In this document: piece after piece, positions 1 to 9,224 of the stretch | Layout: the number at the start of each line of letters is the position of its first letter | Numbering within the stretch: position 1 is the stretch's first letter | Virus record (IMG/VR): IMGVR_UViG_3300047445_000292 | From: an uncultured virus (IMG/VR IMGVR_UViG_3300047445_000292) | Lineage: Duplodnaviria > Heunggongvirae > Uroviricota > Caudoviricetes | Direction: 5' to 3' (one strand) | Length of the DNA stretch: 64,000 nucleotides | Position numbers and translations under genes: made by a program | The notes under the pieces: model-generated | What the model was told of the DNA's origin: nothing | The model's database searches: none | What the model saw: only the letters and a program-made list of their open reading frames with translations

Positions 1-84
1 GTGGTCGCGGCCGGCGAGCGTGGCTGGTTCGTGCAAGATGGCCAGCGCATCAACTAACCCACCCGAGAAGGGAGCCATACCCCC

Positions 85-486
85 ATGAGCCTGAAAACTT
101 CCCTGCAATTCACCTTGACCCTTACCGGGATCACTGTCACGGACCCCGAAGACGGCCCGCCCCTGAGCCGCGAGGAACTTCAAGACAACCTGGTGGCCAT
201 CGTTCAACGGGTACTGAACGAGGGCCTGATCACGGGCGACAGCGCGTCCACGCTGGAGACCGTGGCCAGTGAAACCGTGGTCACCCCGTGCTACCCGTGG
301 CACGACGACATCGGCCTATGCGCCGAGCACCTGGACGAGAAGTACAACCCGCAAGGCGACGGCGAACACCCTTACTTCACCCGTTCCGATTGGCGCGCTG
401 ATGTCCGCGAAGACGTTACCCTGCGCGGCTATTGGGAGTGGGTGGCCGCCATGGTCGAATGCCACGACCCCGACAACGACGCCTGA
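85..486 (+). CDS. Hypothetical acidic protein; C-terminal EHP..YWxWV module shared with 924..1670
   Basis: 133-aa ORF preceded by AAGGGAG SD. Confidence 0.75.
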   Translation: MSLKTSLQFTLTLTGITVTDPEDGPPLSREELQDNLVAIVQRVLNEGLITGDSASTLETVASETVVTPCYPWHDDIGLCAEHLDEKYNPQGDGEHPYFTRSDWRADVREDVTLRGYWEWVAAMVECHDPDNDA

Positions 487-489
487 TCC

Positions 490-522
490 GTGAATTCACA
501 ATTCACAATTCACAATTCACAA
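490..522. repeat. Heptamer array 1, (AATTCAC)x4; candidate parS
   Basis: Perfect AATTCAC at 493, 500, 507, 514, with an overlapping inverted copy GTGAATT at 490. Confidence 0.9.
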
Positions 523-543
523 ACCTGAACAGGAGGCCCCACC

Positions 544-858
544 ATGGCCATGATCATCCACCTCGACAAGACCATCACCCACCAAACCGCGACCAGCCAC
601 CCGGACCAGTTCGGCCCGGACGGCATGACCTTGGAAGCGATGCAGGCGCTGGTCGGGGGCTACATCGAGCACGTCGGCCTGCGCCCGCCCTACGTCAGTT
701 CCGGCGTCACCTACACCCACCTGGTCGTTAACGAACTGGGCAAGCTGGAGCACCTGCCGCGCAACGCCGTGGCCACCGACATCGCCCAGGAACACGGCCT
801 GCAAGGGGACGTGATCGTCGGCCCGGCGATCCTGCTCGCCGCCGAAGAAATGCAATAA
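544..858 (+). CDS. DUF3846-like protein
   Basis: LEAMQALVGGYIE...LVVNELGK..LPRN..AT...IVGPAIL pattern; AGGAGG SD. Confidence 0.75.
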   Translation: MAMIIHLDKTITHQTATSHPDQFGPDGMTLEAMQALVGGYIEHVGLRPPYVSSGVTYTHLVVNELGKLEHLPRNAVATDIAQEHGLQGDVIVGPAILLAAEEMQ

Positions 859-866
859 GCGTCCCT

Positions 867-899
867 GTGAACTCACAATTCACAGTTCACAGTTCACAA
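867..899. repeat. Heptamer array 2; candidate parS
   Basis: AACTCAC-AATTCAC-AGTTCAC-AGTTCAC at 870-897, intergenic. Confidence 0.85.
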
Positions 900-923
900 C
901 CCCCCGTAAGAAGGATCACTGCC

Positions 924-1670
924 ATGAACCTGACTGAATTAAGAACCTGGACCATCGAACGCGGCCAAGACATCGACGGCGCCATGCTGATGGGCAGTTT
1001 TACCCGCTACCTGTACCGCGAACTGGATGACCCGGCGATCGAGACCAACCTGTCCGGGCGCCTCGACACTGGCTTCGACCGCCTGCACGGCGGCTGCCTG
1101 TTCCTGTCCTTTGCCACCTTGTCCGTACTGGAAGACCTGATCGACTGGGACCGCTGGGGCGAAGAACAGGGCGGGGTGTTCGCCTATGAACAGCTGGAAG
1201 CCCACGACGAGAAGCCCTACAGCGACCCTGACACCACGGACCTGGCCGCCTTCCTGCTGCGCGAGATCCCCGAAGACGCCTGGTACCAGATCGCGGAAAA
1301 CTGGGTGGTGCCGACCGAGGCCGAGTTGAAGCACCTGCTGACCCGCTGGGCGCTGCTGGCCAACATGCCGCTGGAGACTGGGGTGGTCCTGGACGAAGCG
1401 GATCTACAGTTTCTGGCCGACTGCGAAGCGGCCAGAGCCGCCAAGGCCCCCGTACTCAGCGCGGCCCCCGAACCCACCCGCCGCTGCGACTCGCTGCCCT
1501 ACGACTTCGAAGACTTCGGCCTGAACCTGACCGAGTTGCAGGACAAGTACGCCGCCGAGCAGGAACACCCCGAGTACACCAATCAGCGCTGGGGTGTGGA
1601 AGCACCCACCAAGCCGTACTGGGACTGGGTCATGGACCATATCGCCGAGGACGACGAAGCCACCGAGTAA
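924..1670 (+). CDS. Hypothetical acidic protein
   Basis: ATG at 924 after AAGGA SD; the ORF-track start at 867 lies in the heptamer array. Confidence 0.75.
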   Translation: MNLTELRTWTIERGQDIDGAMLMGSFTRYLYRELDDPAIETNLSGRLDTGFDRLHGGCLFLSFATLSVLEDLIDWDRWGEEQGGVFAYEQLEAHDEKPYSDPDTTDLAAFLLREIPEDAWYQIAENWVVPTEAELKHLLTRWALLANMPLETGVVLDEADLQFLADCEAARAAKAPVLSAAPEPTRRCDSLPYDFEDFGLNLTELQDKYAAEQEHPEYTNQRWGVEAPTKPYWDWVMDHIAEDDEATE

Positions 1671-1689
1671 GGCCAGCAGGGCAGGGACG

Positions 1690-1708
1690 CCCACCCACCC
1701 ACCCACCC
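1690..1708. repeat. (CCCA)4CCC tract; (GGGT)4GGG on the minus strand
   Basis: cccacccacccacccaccc, intergenic. Confidence 0.85.
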
Positions 1709-1724
1709 GATAAGGGCCTAAGAC

Positions 1725-1922
1725 ATGACCAACCCCAACAATACCCCCCTGCACGATCGCCTGATGGCTGTGGTCAAGGAAGCCCGCGATGCCGGCTACG
1801 CGGTGGTGGTGCTCTACCCCGAGGAACTGATCGGCGTGGACAACGAAGCGCTGCAGATCCACCTGGTGCGGGCAGGGAAGGCCTACGCCAACGCCCACAC
1901 CGAACCGGACCCCGAGGAATAA
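1725..1922 (+). CDS. Hypothetical protein
   Basis: 65-aa ORF tiling with its neighbours, AAGGG SD. Confidence 0.65.
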   Translation: MTNPNNTPLHDRLMAVVKEARDAGYAVVVLYPEELIGVDNEALQIHLVRAGKAYANAHTEPDPEE

Positions 1923-1926
1923 CGCC

Positions 1927-3279
1927 ATGAAACGCACCCCTCAACTGCAAGCCGCCCGCTACTACGGCCACCCCGATTGCCAGTGGTGGGCTATCCCGCA
2001 GGTGCTCAACTTCTACCACTGCCCGCTGGGTAACCTGCGCGACATGCGCCTGGTCGAGCAGCACCCCGGCCTGCTGTACCTGGTGCTGCACAACTGGGCC
2101 AAGAACAAGCCGGTGTTCCAGCAATACGGGCGCCACTTCTGGCACTCGCTGAGCTGGGCGCAGCGTCACCAGCCACTGCCCCGCGACCTTGGCCAGCGAC
2201 TGGTGCGGGCGTTCCGTGCCGGCGACAGCGAGCTGCTGGGCATGGTCGACAAGGAAATGCTGAACACCCAGTTCTACTTCGAAGGCGACAGCGTCAAGTC
2301 GATCCAGCAGGGTGGGTTCAGCTACGGCGACAACGACGGCACCGGCGAGCTGGAGTATTGGACCGTTGTGGAGTGTGGTGCCTGCCACCACGAATTCTCG
2401 ATCCGCGAGCAGCTGGGCAACGACAGCCCCGAGGCGTTCCTGCTGGCCACCGAGGCGGATCTGGAGGACAGCGGCTGGCTGCACATCAGCGGCCCCTATG
2501 GCCGCTGCAACGAGTGCGGGGCGGTCAACCGAGCCAAGGTCTACCCGGCCAAGGATCTACCGGACCAAGGCTGGGCGAACGTCAACGAGGACAGCGAGGA
2601 CTGGAGCGACTACCAGCAACTGCTCGACGACCTGCTGGGCCAGCTCAAGGCGCACCTGGTCAAGCACGGCATGCCGGAACCGGACGACCTGCGGCTGGAC
2701 ATCGGCCACGCCGACTGGCGCGGTCGGGATGCGTGGGCCGAGTGCGCGGTAGACGGCAAGGAACTGGCCAACACGATGCGCGTGGATAGCCAGTTCATCA
2801 TCAGCAACGGGCGGCTGCTGTGCTTTCAGGACGGCAACGCCGAGTTGCGCTGCTCGCTCAGCCACCACGACGTGCCGCAGGGCAGTTCGGTGTGCGTCAC
2901 GCCGCGCTGGGAGTGCGAGCTGGAATCCAGCACGGAATACCTGAGCTATGAAGAGGCCCGTGCCTCCTTGGAAGGCTTGGCCCGCATTGCCGAGGCGCTG
3001 CTGTGCGGCAAGGACAGTGTGTTCAACTTCTCGGCCGGCAGCACGTTCAAGGTGGTGGCCGTGGAAAATCTGGCCTATCACATCGAGAGCCTGGCCGACG
3101 ACTGCGGGTTGAAGGACCTCGACAAGCTGACCGGCTACGACCTCGCCCTCGGCCTGCTGCTGGAACGCATGGTCGATGACATCCGCGCCAAGCGCAGTGT
3201 GCCCGACGCCCACCTGCTGATGGTGCGCGACGTGCTCGATCACTGGCTGGAACATTCAATGGAGGAACAAAGCAAATGA
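1927..3279 (+). CDS. Hypothetical protein with two CxxC pairs (possible Zn ribbon)
   Basis: 450-aa ORF with CGAC and CNEC; GAGG SD; ATGA overlap with the next gene. Confidence 0.75.
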   Translation: MKRTPQLQAARYYGHPDCQWWAIPQVLNFYHCPLGNLRDMRLVEQHPGLLYLVLHNWAKNKPVFQQYGRHFWHSLSWAQRHQPLPRDLGQRLVRAFRAGDSELLGMVDKEMLNTQFYFEGDSVKSIQQGGFSYGDNDGTGELEYWTVVECGACHHEFSIREQLGNDSPEAFLLATEADLEDSGWLHISGPYGRCNECGAVNRAKVYPAKDLPDQGWANVNEDSEDWSDYQQLLDDLLGQLKAHLVKHGMPEPDDLRLDIGHADWRGRDAWAECAVDGKELANTMRVDSQFIISNGRLLCFQDGNAELRCSLSHHDVPQGSSVCVTPRWECELESSTEYLSYEEARASLEGLARIAEALLCGKDSVFNFSAGSTFKVVAVENLAYHIESLADDCGLKDLDKLTGYDLALGLLLERMVDDIRAKRSVPDAHLLMVRDVLDHWLEHSMEEQSK

Positions 3280-3650
3280 ACGAACCCCTACCCACCGTCG
3301 ACCAACTGGCCCAGCGCCTGCGCGACCTCGCCGAAGGCGCCCGCAGTAAGGCCGACCTGATCGCCAGCAAGTCCCCGACCTCGGTCTACACCGACCCGGT
3401 CGACGTGCTGCGTGCGCTGGCCAAGGAAATGGAACGTGGGCTGCCGCCGGTGCCCATGACCTTCGAACAGATCACCAACTACCTCGGCGGCCGACCGCTG
3501 GTGTCCGCCCTGTGGTGGTTCATCGAGAACGTCAACGAGGACACCCCGCACCGCTCGGAGCTGTTCTTTTACCTGCGGGAGCGGGTGCGCGACCTCAACC
3601 CGAAAGACGAGTACCAGTTCACCAAAGCGCTGGCAAAGGTGGAGGGCTGA
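3276..3650 (+). CDS. Hypothetical protein
   Basis: 124-aa ORF, translationally coupled, GGAGG SD. Confidence 0.7.
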   Translation: MNEPLPTVDQLAQRLRDLAEGARSKADLIASKSPTSVYTDPVDVLRALAKEMERGLPPVPMTFEQITNYLGGRPLVSALWWFIENVNEDTPHRSELFFYLRERVRDLNPKDEYQFTKALAKVEG

Positions 3651-3651
3651 C

Positions 3652-4122
3652 ATGCGCATTCTCCCTGTCATCACCAGCCGCAACCCGAGCAGCCGCCCGG
3701 AAAACGACACGCTGCTGCACTGCTACGTCTGCCTGACGCGGGCCACGTTCAGCACGGCGGCGGCCACCGGCTGGACCTTCGACGCGGACGGTGAACCGTT
3801 CCGCACCTACTACTGCCCGAAGCACCGGCCCAAGGAAGGGAAGCGTTCGCGGGTGAACTTCAAGGTCACCCCGGCCGACCACAAACTGCTGGTCGCTATT
3901 ACCGTGCGCTACTGCGGGCGGTTCCACGATGCGGACCTGGAGGAAGCCGAAATGGATTTCACCGCCTGCCACCTGAACGGCTGCCCACTGGATCTGGCGG
4001 CGTGGTTTGCCGCCGACGACTTCAACTTCCTGCACGACGCCTGTGGCATCCGCGATCACCTCGACCGCAACACCGGGCGCCTCACCAACCACTTCCACCC
4101 ACGCTTCGCCCTGGAGCAATGA
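3652..4122 (+). CDS. Hypothetical protein; N-terminal Cys/His motif and DUF6874-like C-terminus
   Basis: C-terminal PLDL...ADDFNFLHD..GI..HLDRNTG.L...F.PRF pattern. Confidence 0.6.
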   Translation: MRILPVITSRNPSSRPENDTLLHCYVCLTRATFSTAAATGWTFDADGEPFRTYYCPKHRPKEGKRSRVNFKVTPADHKLLVAITVRYCGRFHDADLEEAEMDFTACHLNGCPLDLAAWFAADDFNFLHDACGIRDHLDRNTGRLTNHFHPRFALEQ

Positions 4123-4125
4123 CCC

Positions 4126-4755
4126 ATGAACCACCAACCAATGAAACGCCCCATGACCAATGTGGAACTAATGACCCACATGATGGAGCACAGCAAGTTT
4201 GGCCCGCTGGCCCAGCTGATAGCGCTGGAAGGGCTGCGCAACTACTGTGATGCGATCGTGGCGGCCCCGGACGGCTTCCTTGGCCAGGCCGCGCTGATGT
4301 TCGACGAAAGCGCGTGGCGCGGCTGCTGTCAGGAAATTCTGGAGACCATGGCCAATCGCGAGCAGCTAAAGGTCGAGGTGGGCCAGCTGGACGACGACGA
4401 ACTCGACCTCGACGACGAACCCGCCAAACGTGGCCCGGATCTGGAGAAAGCCGGCCTGCTCAAGGTCCTGCAACACCTGGACGACCACGGCTGGCGGCCG
4501 ATCGAGTTATGGGACACCGAGGAATGGCTGGTCTTCGGCAACGGCGTGACCATGCAGGCCAAGGTCAACGAGGCCGCGCAAACCGACATGGCCACCCTGC
4601 GCCTGCGCCACGACGACGGCCGCATTGGCTCGATCGGGCTGGTGTGGGGCAACAGCCCGATCGAACTGATCGCCGATTACACCCTCGACCACGGCTTCGA
4701 AGGTGCGGTGGAAGCCGCCCAGCGCAGCGTGTGGCCCAACTACCCGGAGGAATGA
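4126..4755 (+). CDS. Hypothetical protein (two apparent domains joined by an acidic linker)
   Basis: 209-aa ORF with GGAG SD. Confidence 0.7.
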   Translation: MNHQPMKRPMTNVELMTHMMEHSKFGPLAQLIALEGLRNYCDAIVAAPDGFLGQAALMFDESAWRGCCQEILETMANREQLKVEVGQLDDDELDLDDEPAKRGPDLEKAGLLKVLQHLDDHGWRPIELWDTEEWLVFGNGVTMQAKVNEAAQTDMATLRLRHDDGRIGSIGLVWGNSPIELIADYTLDHGFEGAVEAAQRSVWPNYPEE

Positions 4756-4994
4756 CCATGCCAAGGCTTAACGTGAGTGTGACCCTCGACATTACGGTGG
4801 TTGACGAGGATGAGTTTCGCCTGGCCGCCCACAACAAGGCGGCCGAGGAAGGGGATCACGACCCCGGGCGCTTCATGCTGGTCGGGCAAACCAGCCTCGG
4901 CGAATGCGCGCAAATGCTGCTCGATCCGGGCTGCCTCATAGGGGCGAACATCGACCAGTCGAGCTACGAAGACCTTTATCTGCTGGAGGACTGA
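4752..4994 (+). CDS. Hypothetical small acidic protein
   Basis: ATG at 4752 or 4758 after GGAGG; 3' part of track ORF 4314..4994. Confidence 0.65.
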   Translation: MTMPRLNVSVTLDITVVDEDEFRLAAHNKAAEEGDHDPGRFMLVGQTSLGECAQMLLDPGCLIGANIDQSSYEDLYLLED

Positions 4995-4997
4995 GCC

Positions 4998-5219
4998 ATG
5001 TGGCAATGCCCGAAATGCAACGGTCACCACCTAAACGTGATGGTCACCACCACCGCCAAGTTGTTGCAGTACGAGGACAACTTTGAAACCGAGGTGGAAG
5101 GCGACCACGAATGGGGCGACACGTCGAACATGACCTGCGAGGAATGCGGGCACTGCGATGCGGCGCTGCACTTTGACACCGATCAAGACGAACCGAAACC
5201 GGAGGAACCGCAACCATGA
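4998..5219 (+). CDS. Small zinc-ribbon protein
   Basis: CPKC...CEEC motifs, acidic, GGAGG SD. Confidence 0.7.
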   Translation: MWQCPKCNGHHLNVMVTTTAKLLQYEDNFETEVEGDHEWGDTSNMTCEECGHCDAALHFDTDQDEPKPEEPQP

Positions 5220-5554
5220 GCAGAACCAAACTCGTCGGCAAATTGCCGCACAGCATCAAAGCCACGGACCTGTTTTCTGACCGCACCGCCCCGTTGTTGC
5301 AGGTGATGGTCCGCACCCACGAAAGCGCCCAAGGGCACTGGGGGCGGGGCTGGTCGATCCAGAACGCCATGACCGCCGCCGCCTGGCTGAAAACCGGCGA
5401 CCAAGTCGAGGTGTTCCTGTGCAGCGAAGGCGCTCGCTGTGGCCAGATTAATGGCGGCCTGTCCGAAGGCCAGATGGGCGAGATTTTCATCGGTACCGTC
5501 ACGGCCCAGCGCGACGTGAAGGTGACCCACCGCGCTGAACTGGTCGAGGCGTAA
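5216..5554 (+). CDS. Hypothetical protein
   Basis: 112-aa ORF, ATGA coupling. Confidence 0.65.
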   Translation: MSRTKLVGKLPHSIKATDLFSDRTAPLLQVMVRTHESAQGHWGRGWSIQNAMTAAAWLKTGDQVEVFLCSEGARCGQINGGLSEGQMGEIFIGTVTAQRDVKVTHRAELVEA

Positions 5555-5598
5555 GCCTCGACACCCCACCAACCCCACCCGATAAGGGAGCAACAACC

Positions 5599-6171
5599 AT
5601 GCACACCATCGAACTGTCCCGCAGTCAGGTCCAAAAACTGGTCGACCACTGCGCCAAACACGACCTCAAAACTTGGTTCGTCGGCAAGGACCACGGCGCC
5701 TACGTCGGCGCATCCGCCGGCAGCGAACCGGACCAGAAGTGCATCTACTACTTTCAGGGCTGCGACCCGAGCAAGGACAAAGACTTCTATGACACCGCCC
5801 ACGCCAAGTTCGGCGACGACTTCGGCGAGCGCATGCCGGTGGTCGACCTGCAGAAGGCGTTGGACAACCCCCAAATGCTCTGCGTGGAGGTCAAGGTGAC
5901 ATCGAAGTCGATCACGCTCGACGTGTTCGAAACCCCCGCGAATAAGACCTCCAACGCCGGCAGCGCCGCCGTGTACTACGGCGTGCGCAAACCCAACGGC
6001 AAGGTCGGCTGCGTCAAGAAGGACGGAGTCGAGGCGGTGCTGCTGGAACTCTGTGGCGGTGGGCAGACCACGGCACAGACCGCCAAGGCCATGGAAGCCG
6101 GTCGCGAACTGCGCGAGACGGGCAGCGTCACGGTCAAGGGCTACTGGATTGGCCCGCTGGGCGAGGTGTGA
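5599..6171 (+). CDS. DUF3085-like protein with C-terminal extension
   Basis: KDHGAY...Y..GCDP......FGDDFGE motif. Confidence 0.65.
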   Translation: MHTIELSRSQVQKLVDHCAKHDLKTWFVGKDHGAYVGASAGSEPDQKCIYYFQGCDPSKDKDFYDTAHAKFGDDFGERMPVVDLQKALDNPQMLCVEVKVTSKSITLDVFETPANKTSNAGSAAVYYGVRKPNGKVGCVKKDGVEAVLLELCGGGQTTAQTAKAMEAGRELRETGSVTVKGYWIGPLGEV

Positions 6172-6172
6172 C

Positions 6173-6370
6173 ATGCACAAGCCCATCCTGATCGCCACGG
6201 ACGGACGCAAGAACGGCTTGGAAGCCTGGGCGCTGTACGACGACACCATCCCGGGCTATGAGCTGTTCGCCAGCCAGGCCTGCAACGATTACTTCGGGGA
6301 CGCCGACACCCTGGAAGACTGCAAGAAAGTCGCGCAAGCCTGGTTCGACCAGCGCGCCAGCAAGCAGTAA
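6173..6370 (+). CDS. Hypothetical protein
   Basis: ATG at 6173 after GAGG; 65 aa. Confidence 0.6.
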   Translation: MHKPILIATDGRKNGLEAWALYDDTIPGYELFASQACNDYFGDADTLEDCKKVAQAWFDQRASKQ

Positions 6371-6442
6371 CCCCATACCCCTAACAAGGCCAGCCAACTA
6401 CCCCGGCAGGCCCACCCCTGCCTGAAAAGGAGAAGCACCATG
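6367..6442 (+). repeat. Leader repeat copy A (about 75 bp)
   Basis: GGCCAGCCAACTACCCCGGCAGGCC at 6388-6412 is identical to 6862-6886; both copies end in AAAGGAGAA.CACCATG. Confidence 0.85.
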
Positions 6443-6826
6443 TCAGACACTTCCGCATTCAAAGACGGCTTCAACAAGGCCAACCTGAAACTGCTGCGCG
6501 CCATGCTGGACGTGGCGCTCAAAGACCTCGACCCCCAACTGGAGGTCACGCCTGGCAACATCACCTTTTCCGAAGGGTCCTGCTCACTCAAGCTGGAATT
6601 CCAGGTGAAGGGCAAGATGGGCACGGAAGAAACCATGGCGATCCAGTACGCCACGATGTACGGCCTCGACCCGGCTCTGCGCCCGGACATCCCTCGCATC
6701 GGCGTCAGCCGCCTGGTCAAGTACAGCTCCCGCAGTTCGGAATACCCGTGGGTGATCGAGAACGCCGAGGGCAAACGCTACAAGTTCAAAGAAGCCGACG
6801 CTAATCGCTACTTCAAGAAAGCCTGA
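6440..6826 (+). CDS. Hypothetical protein
   Basis: 128-aa ORF with AAGGAG SD. Confidence 0.75.
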   Translation: MSDTSAFKDGFNKANLKLLRAMLDVALKDLDPQLEVTPGNITFSEGSCSLKLEFQVKGKMGTEETMAIQYATMYGLDPALRPDIPRIGVSRLVKYSSRSSEYPWVIENAEGKRYKFKEADANRYFKKA

Positions 6827-6841
6827 CACACGCCACACCCC

Positions 6842-6918
6842 GTAACCCCCCAAACCCCAAGGGCCAGCCAACTACCCCGGCAGGCCTAAACTTGCCTGTA
6901 GAAAGGAGAAACACCATG
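6842..6918 (+). repeat. Leader repeat copy B
   Basis: Matches 6367-6442. Confidence 0.85.
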
Positions 6919-7749
6919 CAACTGTCCCGTAACTTCGCTGCCAACGCCAACAGCCTGCGCAGCCATATCGCCCTGACCGACGACCAGATTTTCCGGGTCG
7001 CCCCCTCGATCTTTGCTCAGGAACCGCACGGTTCGCGCAGCGAACGTTATGCCTACATCCCGACCATCGACGTGCTCAACGGCCTGCGCAAGGAAGGCTT
7101 CGAACCCTTCGCCGTGGTGCAGTCCAAGTGCCGCCTGGAAGGCAAGAGCGAGTTCACCAAGCACATGATCCGCATGCGCCACGCCAACACCATCTTGGCC
7201 CCGCAGGCCAATGAGATTGTCCTGCTCAACAGCCACGACGGCACGTCGTCCTATCAGATGCTGGCCGGGTGTTTCCGCTTCGTCTGCCAGAACGGCATGA
7301 TTGCCGGCGACATCCTGGAAGACATCCGCATTGGCCACCGCGGCGACGTGATGGGCAACGTGATCGAGGGCGCTTACACCGTGCTGCAGGGCTTCGGCCT
7401 GGTCGACGAATCCCGCGAGGTGATGCAACAGACCCGCCTGAATTACGAGGAACAGGCGATATTCGCTCGATCGGCGCTGATGCTGCGCTACGACACCGAG
7501 GACGCCGGCAAGGCGCCGATCCAGGCCGACCAGCTGCTCAAGCCGCACCGCCGGGAAGACATGGGCACCGACCTGTGGTCCACCTTCAACGTCGTGCAAG
7601 AGAACGCCTTGAAGGGCGGGCTGCGTGGCCGCACGGCCAATAACCACCGTACCACCACCCGCGCCGTGACCGGCATCAGCCAGGACATGAAGCTGAACCA
7701 GGCGCTGTGGACGCTGGCCGAGGAAATGCGCCGGCTGAAAGCCGCCTGA
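6916..7749 (+). CDS. DUF932 domain protein
   Basis: SERY.YIPT..VL..LR.EGF.P, FTKHMIRMR, LLNSHDGTSSYQMLAG.FRFVC.NG, DLW.TFNV.QEN motifs. Confidence 0.9.
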   Translation: MQLSRNFAANANSLRSHIALTDDQIFRVAPSIFAQEPHGSRSERYAYIPTIDVLNGLRKEGFEPFAVVQSKCRLEGKSEFTKHMIRMRHANTILAPQANEIVLLNSHDGTSSYQMLAGCFRFVCQNGMIAGDILEDIRIGHRGDVMGNVIEGAYTVLQGFGLVDESREVMQQTRLNYEEQAIFARSALMLRYDTEDAGKAPIQADQLLKPHRREDMGTDLWSTFNVVQENALKGGLRGRTANNHRTTTRAVTGISQDMKLNQALWTLAEEMRRLKAA

Positions 7750-7772
7750 CGGCGGGTAGGTTGGCCCCGGAC

Positions 7773-7803
7773 GCTGCTGGTAGACTGTCGGTTTACCAGC
7801 AGC
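7773..7803. other. 13-bp stem-loop between the DUF932 and YkgJ-like genes
   Basis: GCTGCTGGTAGAC-tgtcg-GTTTACCAGCAGC with one G-T pair; no adjacent U-tract. Confidence 0.6.
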
Positions 7804-7827
7804 CCCATTCCTTTGTGAGTCACTGCC

Positions 7828-8457
7828 ATGACCAAGAAACTCTCCGACCCGGCCCTGCTAATCCCGGTCGAGCAACTGCCTGCCCTGCGTAAGCAGGCCG
7901 AAGAACAGGCGTTTGTTAACGTCGGCCGCTTGAACAGGGCAACCCGCAAGTCAGCAACCCTCGGCGATGACGCCCTGGAAATCGCCCGTCTGCCGCTGAG
8001 CCAGCGCATTCGCTACAACAAACTGGTGAAGCTGGTCGACGAAGCCAGTAAAGACATCATGCCGTTCACCGCCTGCCGCAAGGGCTGTAGCCACTGCTGC
8101 AACATCGCGGCGCTGATTACCGAGGTCGAGGCGCAGCGCATCAGCGAAGTGATCGGCCGCAAGCCGGCGAAGGTCGGCGCCTTTCCGCCGGACGTGCCGG
8201 CCCTGCAGGACAAATACTTCGGCGTGCCCTGCACCTTCTTGAAGGGTGGGCGCTGCTCGATCTACGAAGTGCGCCCGATCGCCTGCCGCGTGCATTTCAG
8301 CATGGCCGACGACGGGTTCTTCTGTTCCACGGCGATCGCCCCGCAGAACAGCCTGGTGCCGGCGCTCAACCTGCTCGGCGTCGACAAGGCGCTGTTCATG
8401 ATGACGATGGGGTCGAAGTTCGCCGACATCCGCGACTTCTTTCCGCCTAAGAAGTAA
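7828..8457 (+). CDS. YkgJ-family cysteine cluster (Zn/Fe-chelating) protein
   Basis: CRKGCSHCC...CTFL...CSIYEVRPIACR motif. Confidence 0.85.
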   Translation: MTKKLSDPALLIPVEQLPALRKQAEEQAFVNVGRLNRATRKSATLGDDALEIARLPLSQRIRYNKLVKLVDEASKDIMPFTACRKGCSHCCNIAALITEVEAQRISEVIGRKPAKVGAFPPDVPALQDKYFGVPCTFLKGGRCSIYEVRPIACRVHFSMADDGFFCSTAIAPQNSLVPALNLLGVDKALFMMTMGSKFADIRDFFPPKK

Positions 8458-8471
8458 ACCCGCGTTTCATG

Positions 8472-8513
8472 AACTCATAAATCACAATTCACATATATGA
8501 ATTGCGTATTCAT
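8472..8513. promoter_or_regulatory. Heptamer array 3 (degenerate) in the parA upstream region; candidate parS/operator
   Basis: AACTCAT-AAATCAC-AATTCAC at 8472-8492, inverted ATGAATT at 8497, TATTCAT at 8507; AT-rich; 70-110 bp upstream of the parA ATG. Confidence 0.65.
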
Positions 8514-8582
8514 GGCGCCCGCACTAGGCTCACCAGCGGTACTCTGTACCAATGGGTTTTAAGACTGGTGAGGGCCAATTTT

Positions 8583-9224
8583 ATGATTGTCGTCGTGGGC
8601 TCCAACAAGGGCGGGGTTTCGAAGACCACCACCTGCATAAATATTGCGATCGGCCTGACGCTTAGAGGTAAGGAAGTCATCGTGCTCGATGCTGACTTCC
8701 AGGGCAGCTTCGGGATCTGGAACGGCCACCGCGAAGAGGCCCAGCGCGAGCCGGTGATCACCATGGCGAACAAGTACGGCAACCTGGTCAACACCGTGGC
8801 CAGCCTGGCGAACAAGTACGAACACGTCCTGATCGACGTGGCTGGACGCAACAGTCAGGAACTGATCACCTCCATGGTCGTGGCGGACATCGTGATCGCC
8901 CCGCACCAGAGCGGGGATCTCGACATCGCCACGCTCAAGCAACTGCGCAAGCAGTACGCCGAGATTTCGCTGGCGAACCCGAAGCTGCGCGTGCTGATTT
9001 ACCAGACCATTGGCACCACCCACGCCAAGGGCAGGATCAAGGAACGGGCCGAGTTCCTTAAAGATTTGGCGGATTACCCCGAGTTCGAAGTGCTGAACAG
9101 CATCAGCCGGCACCGCCAAGCCTACAAAGACAGCGTTAAGCGGGGCCTGTCGGTGCTGGAGTACGACGACCCGCTGGCGAAAGAAGAAATCAACGATCTA
9201 TTGAATGAGGTGTTTCATGACTAA
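8583..9224 (+). CDS. parA: ParA-family partition ATPase (short, type Ib/ParF-like)
   Basis: Deviant Walker A NKGGVSKTT at the N-terminus, LDADFQGS, VLIDVAG; no N-terminal HTH. Confidence 0.9.
   Translation: MIVVVGSNKGGVSKTTTCINIAIGLTLRGKEVIVLDADFQGSFGIWNGHREEAQREPVITMANKYGNLVNTVASLANKYEHVLIDVAGRNSQELITSMVVADIVIAPHQSGDLDIATLKQLRKQYAEISLANPKLRVLIYQTIGTTHAKGRIKERAEFLKDLADYPEFEVLNSISRHRQAYKDSVKRGLSVLEYDDPLAKEEINDLLNEVFHD

Noticed and set aside
490..899. Heptamer arrays as CRISPR or mini-CRISPR
   Set aside because: 7-bp contiguous units with no spacers and no cas genes
867..923. N-terminal extension NSQFTVHSSQ of the ORF-track call 867..1670
   Set aside because: It is the translation of heptamer array 2; the SD-supported start is 924
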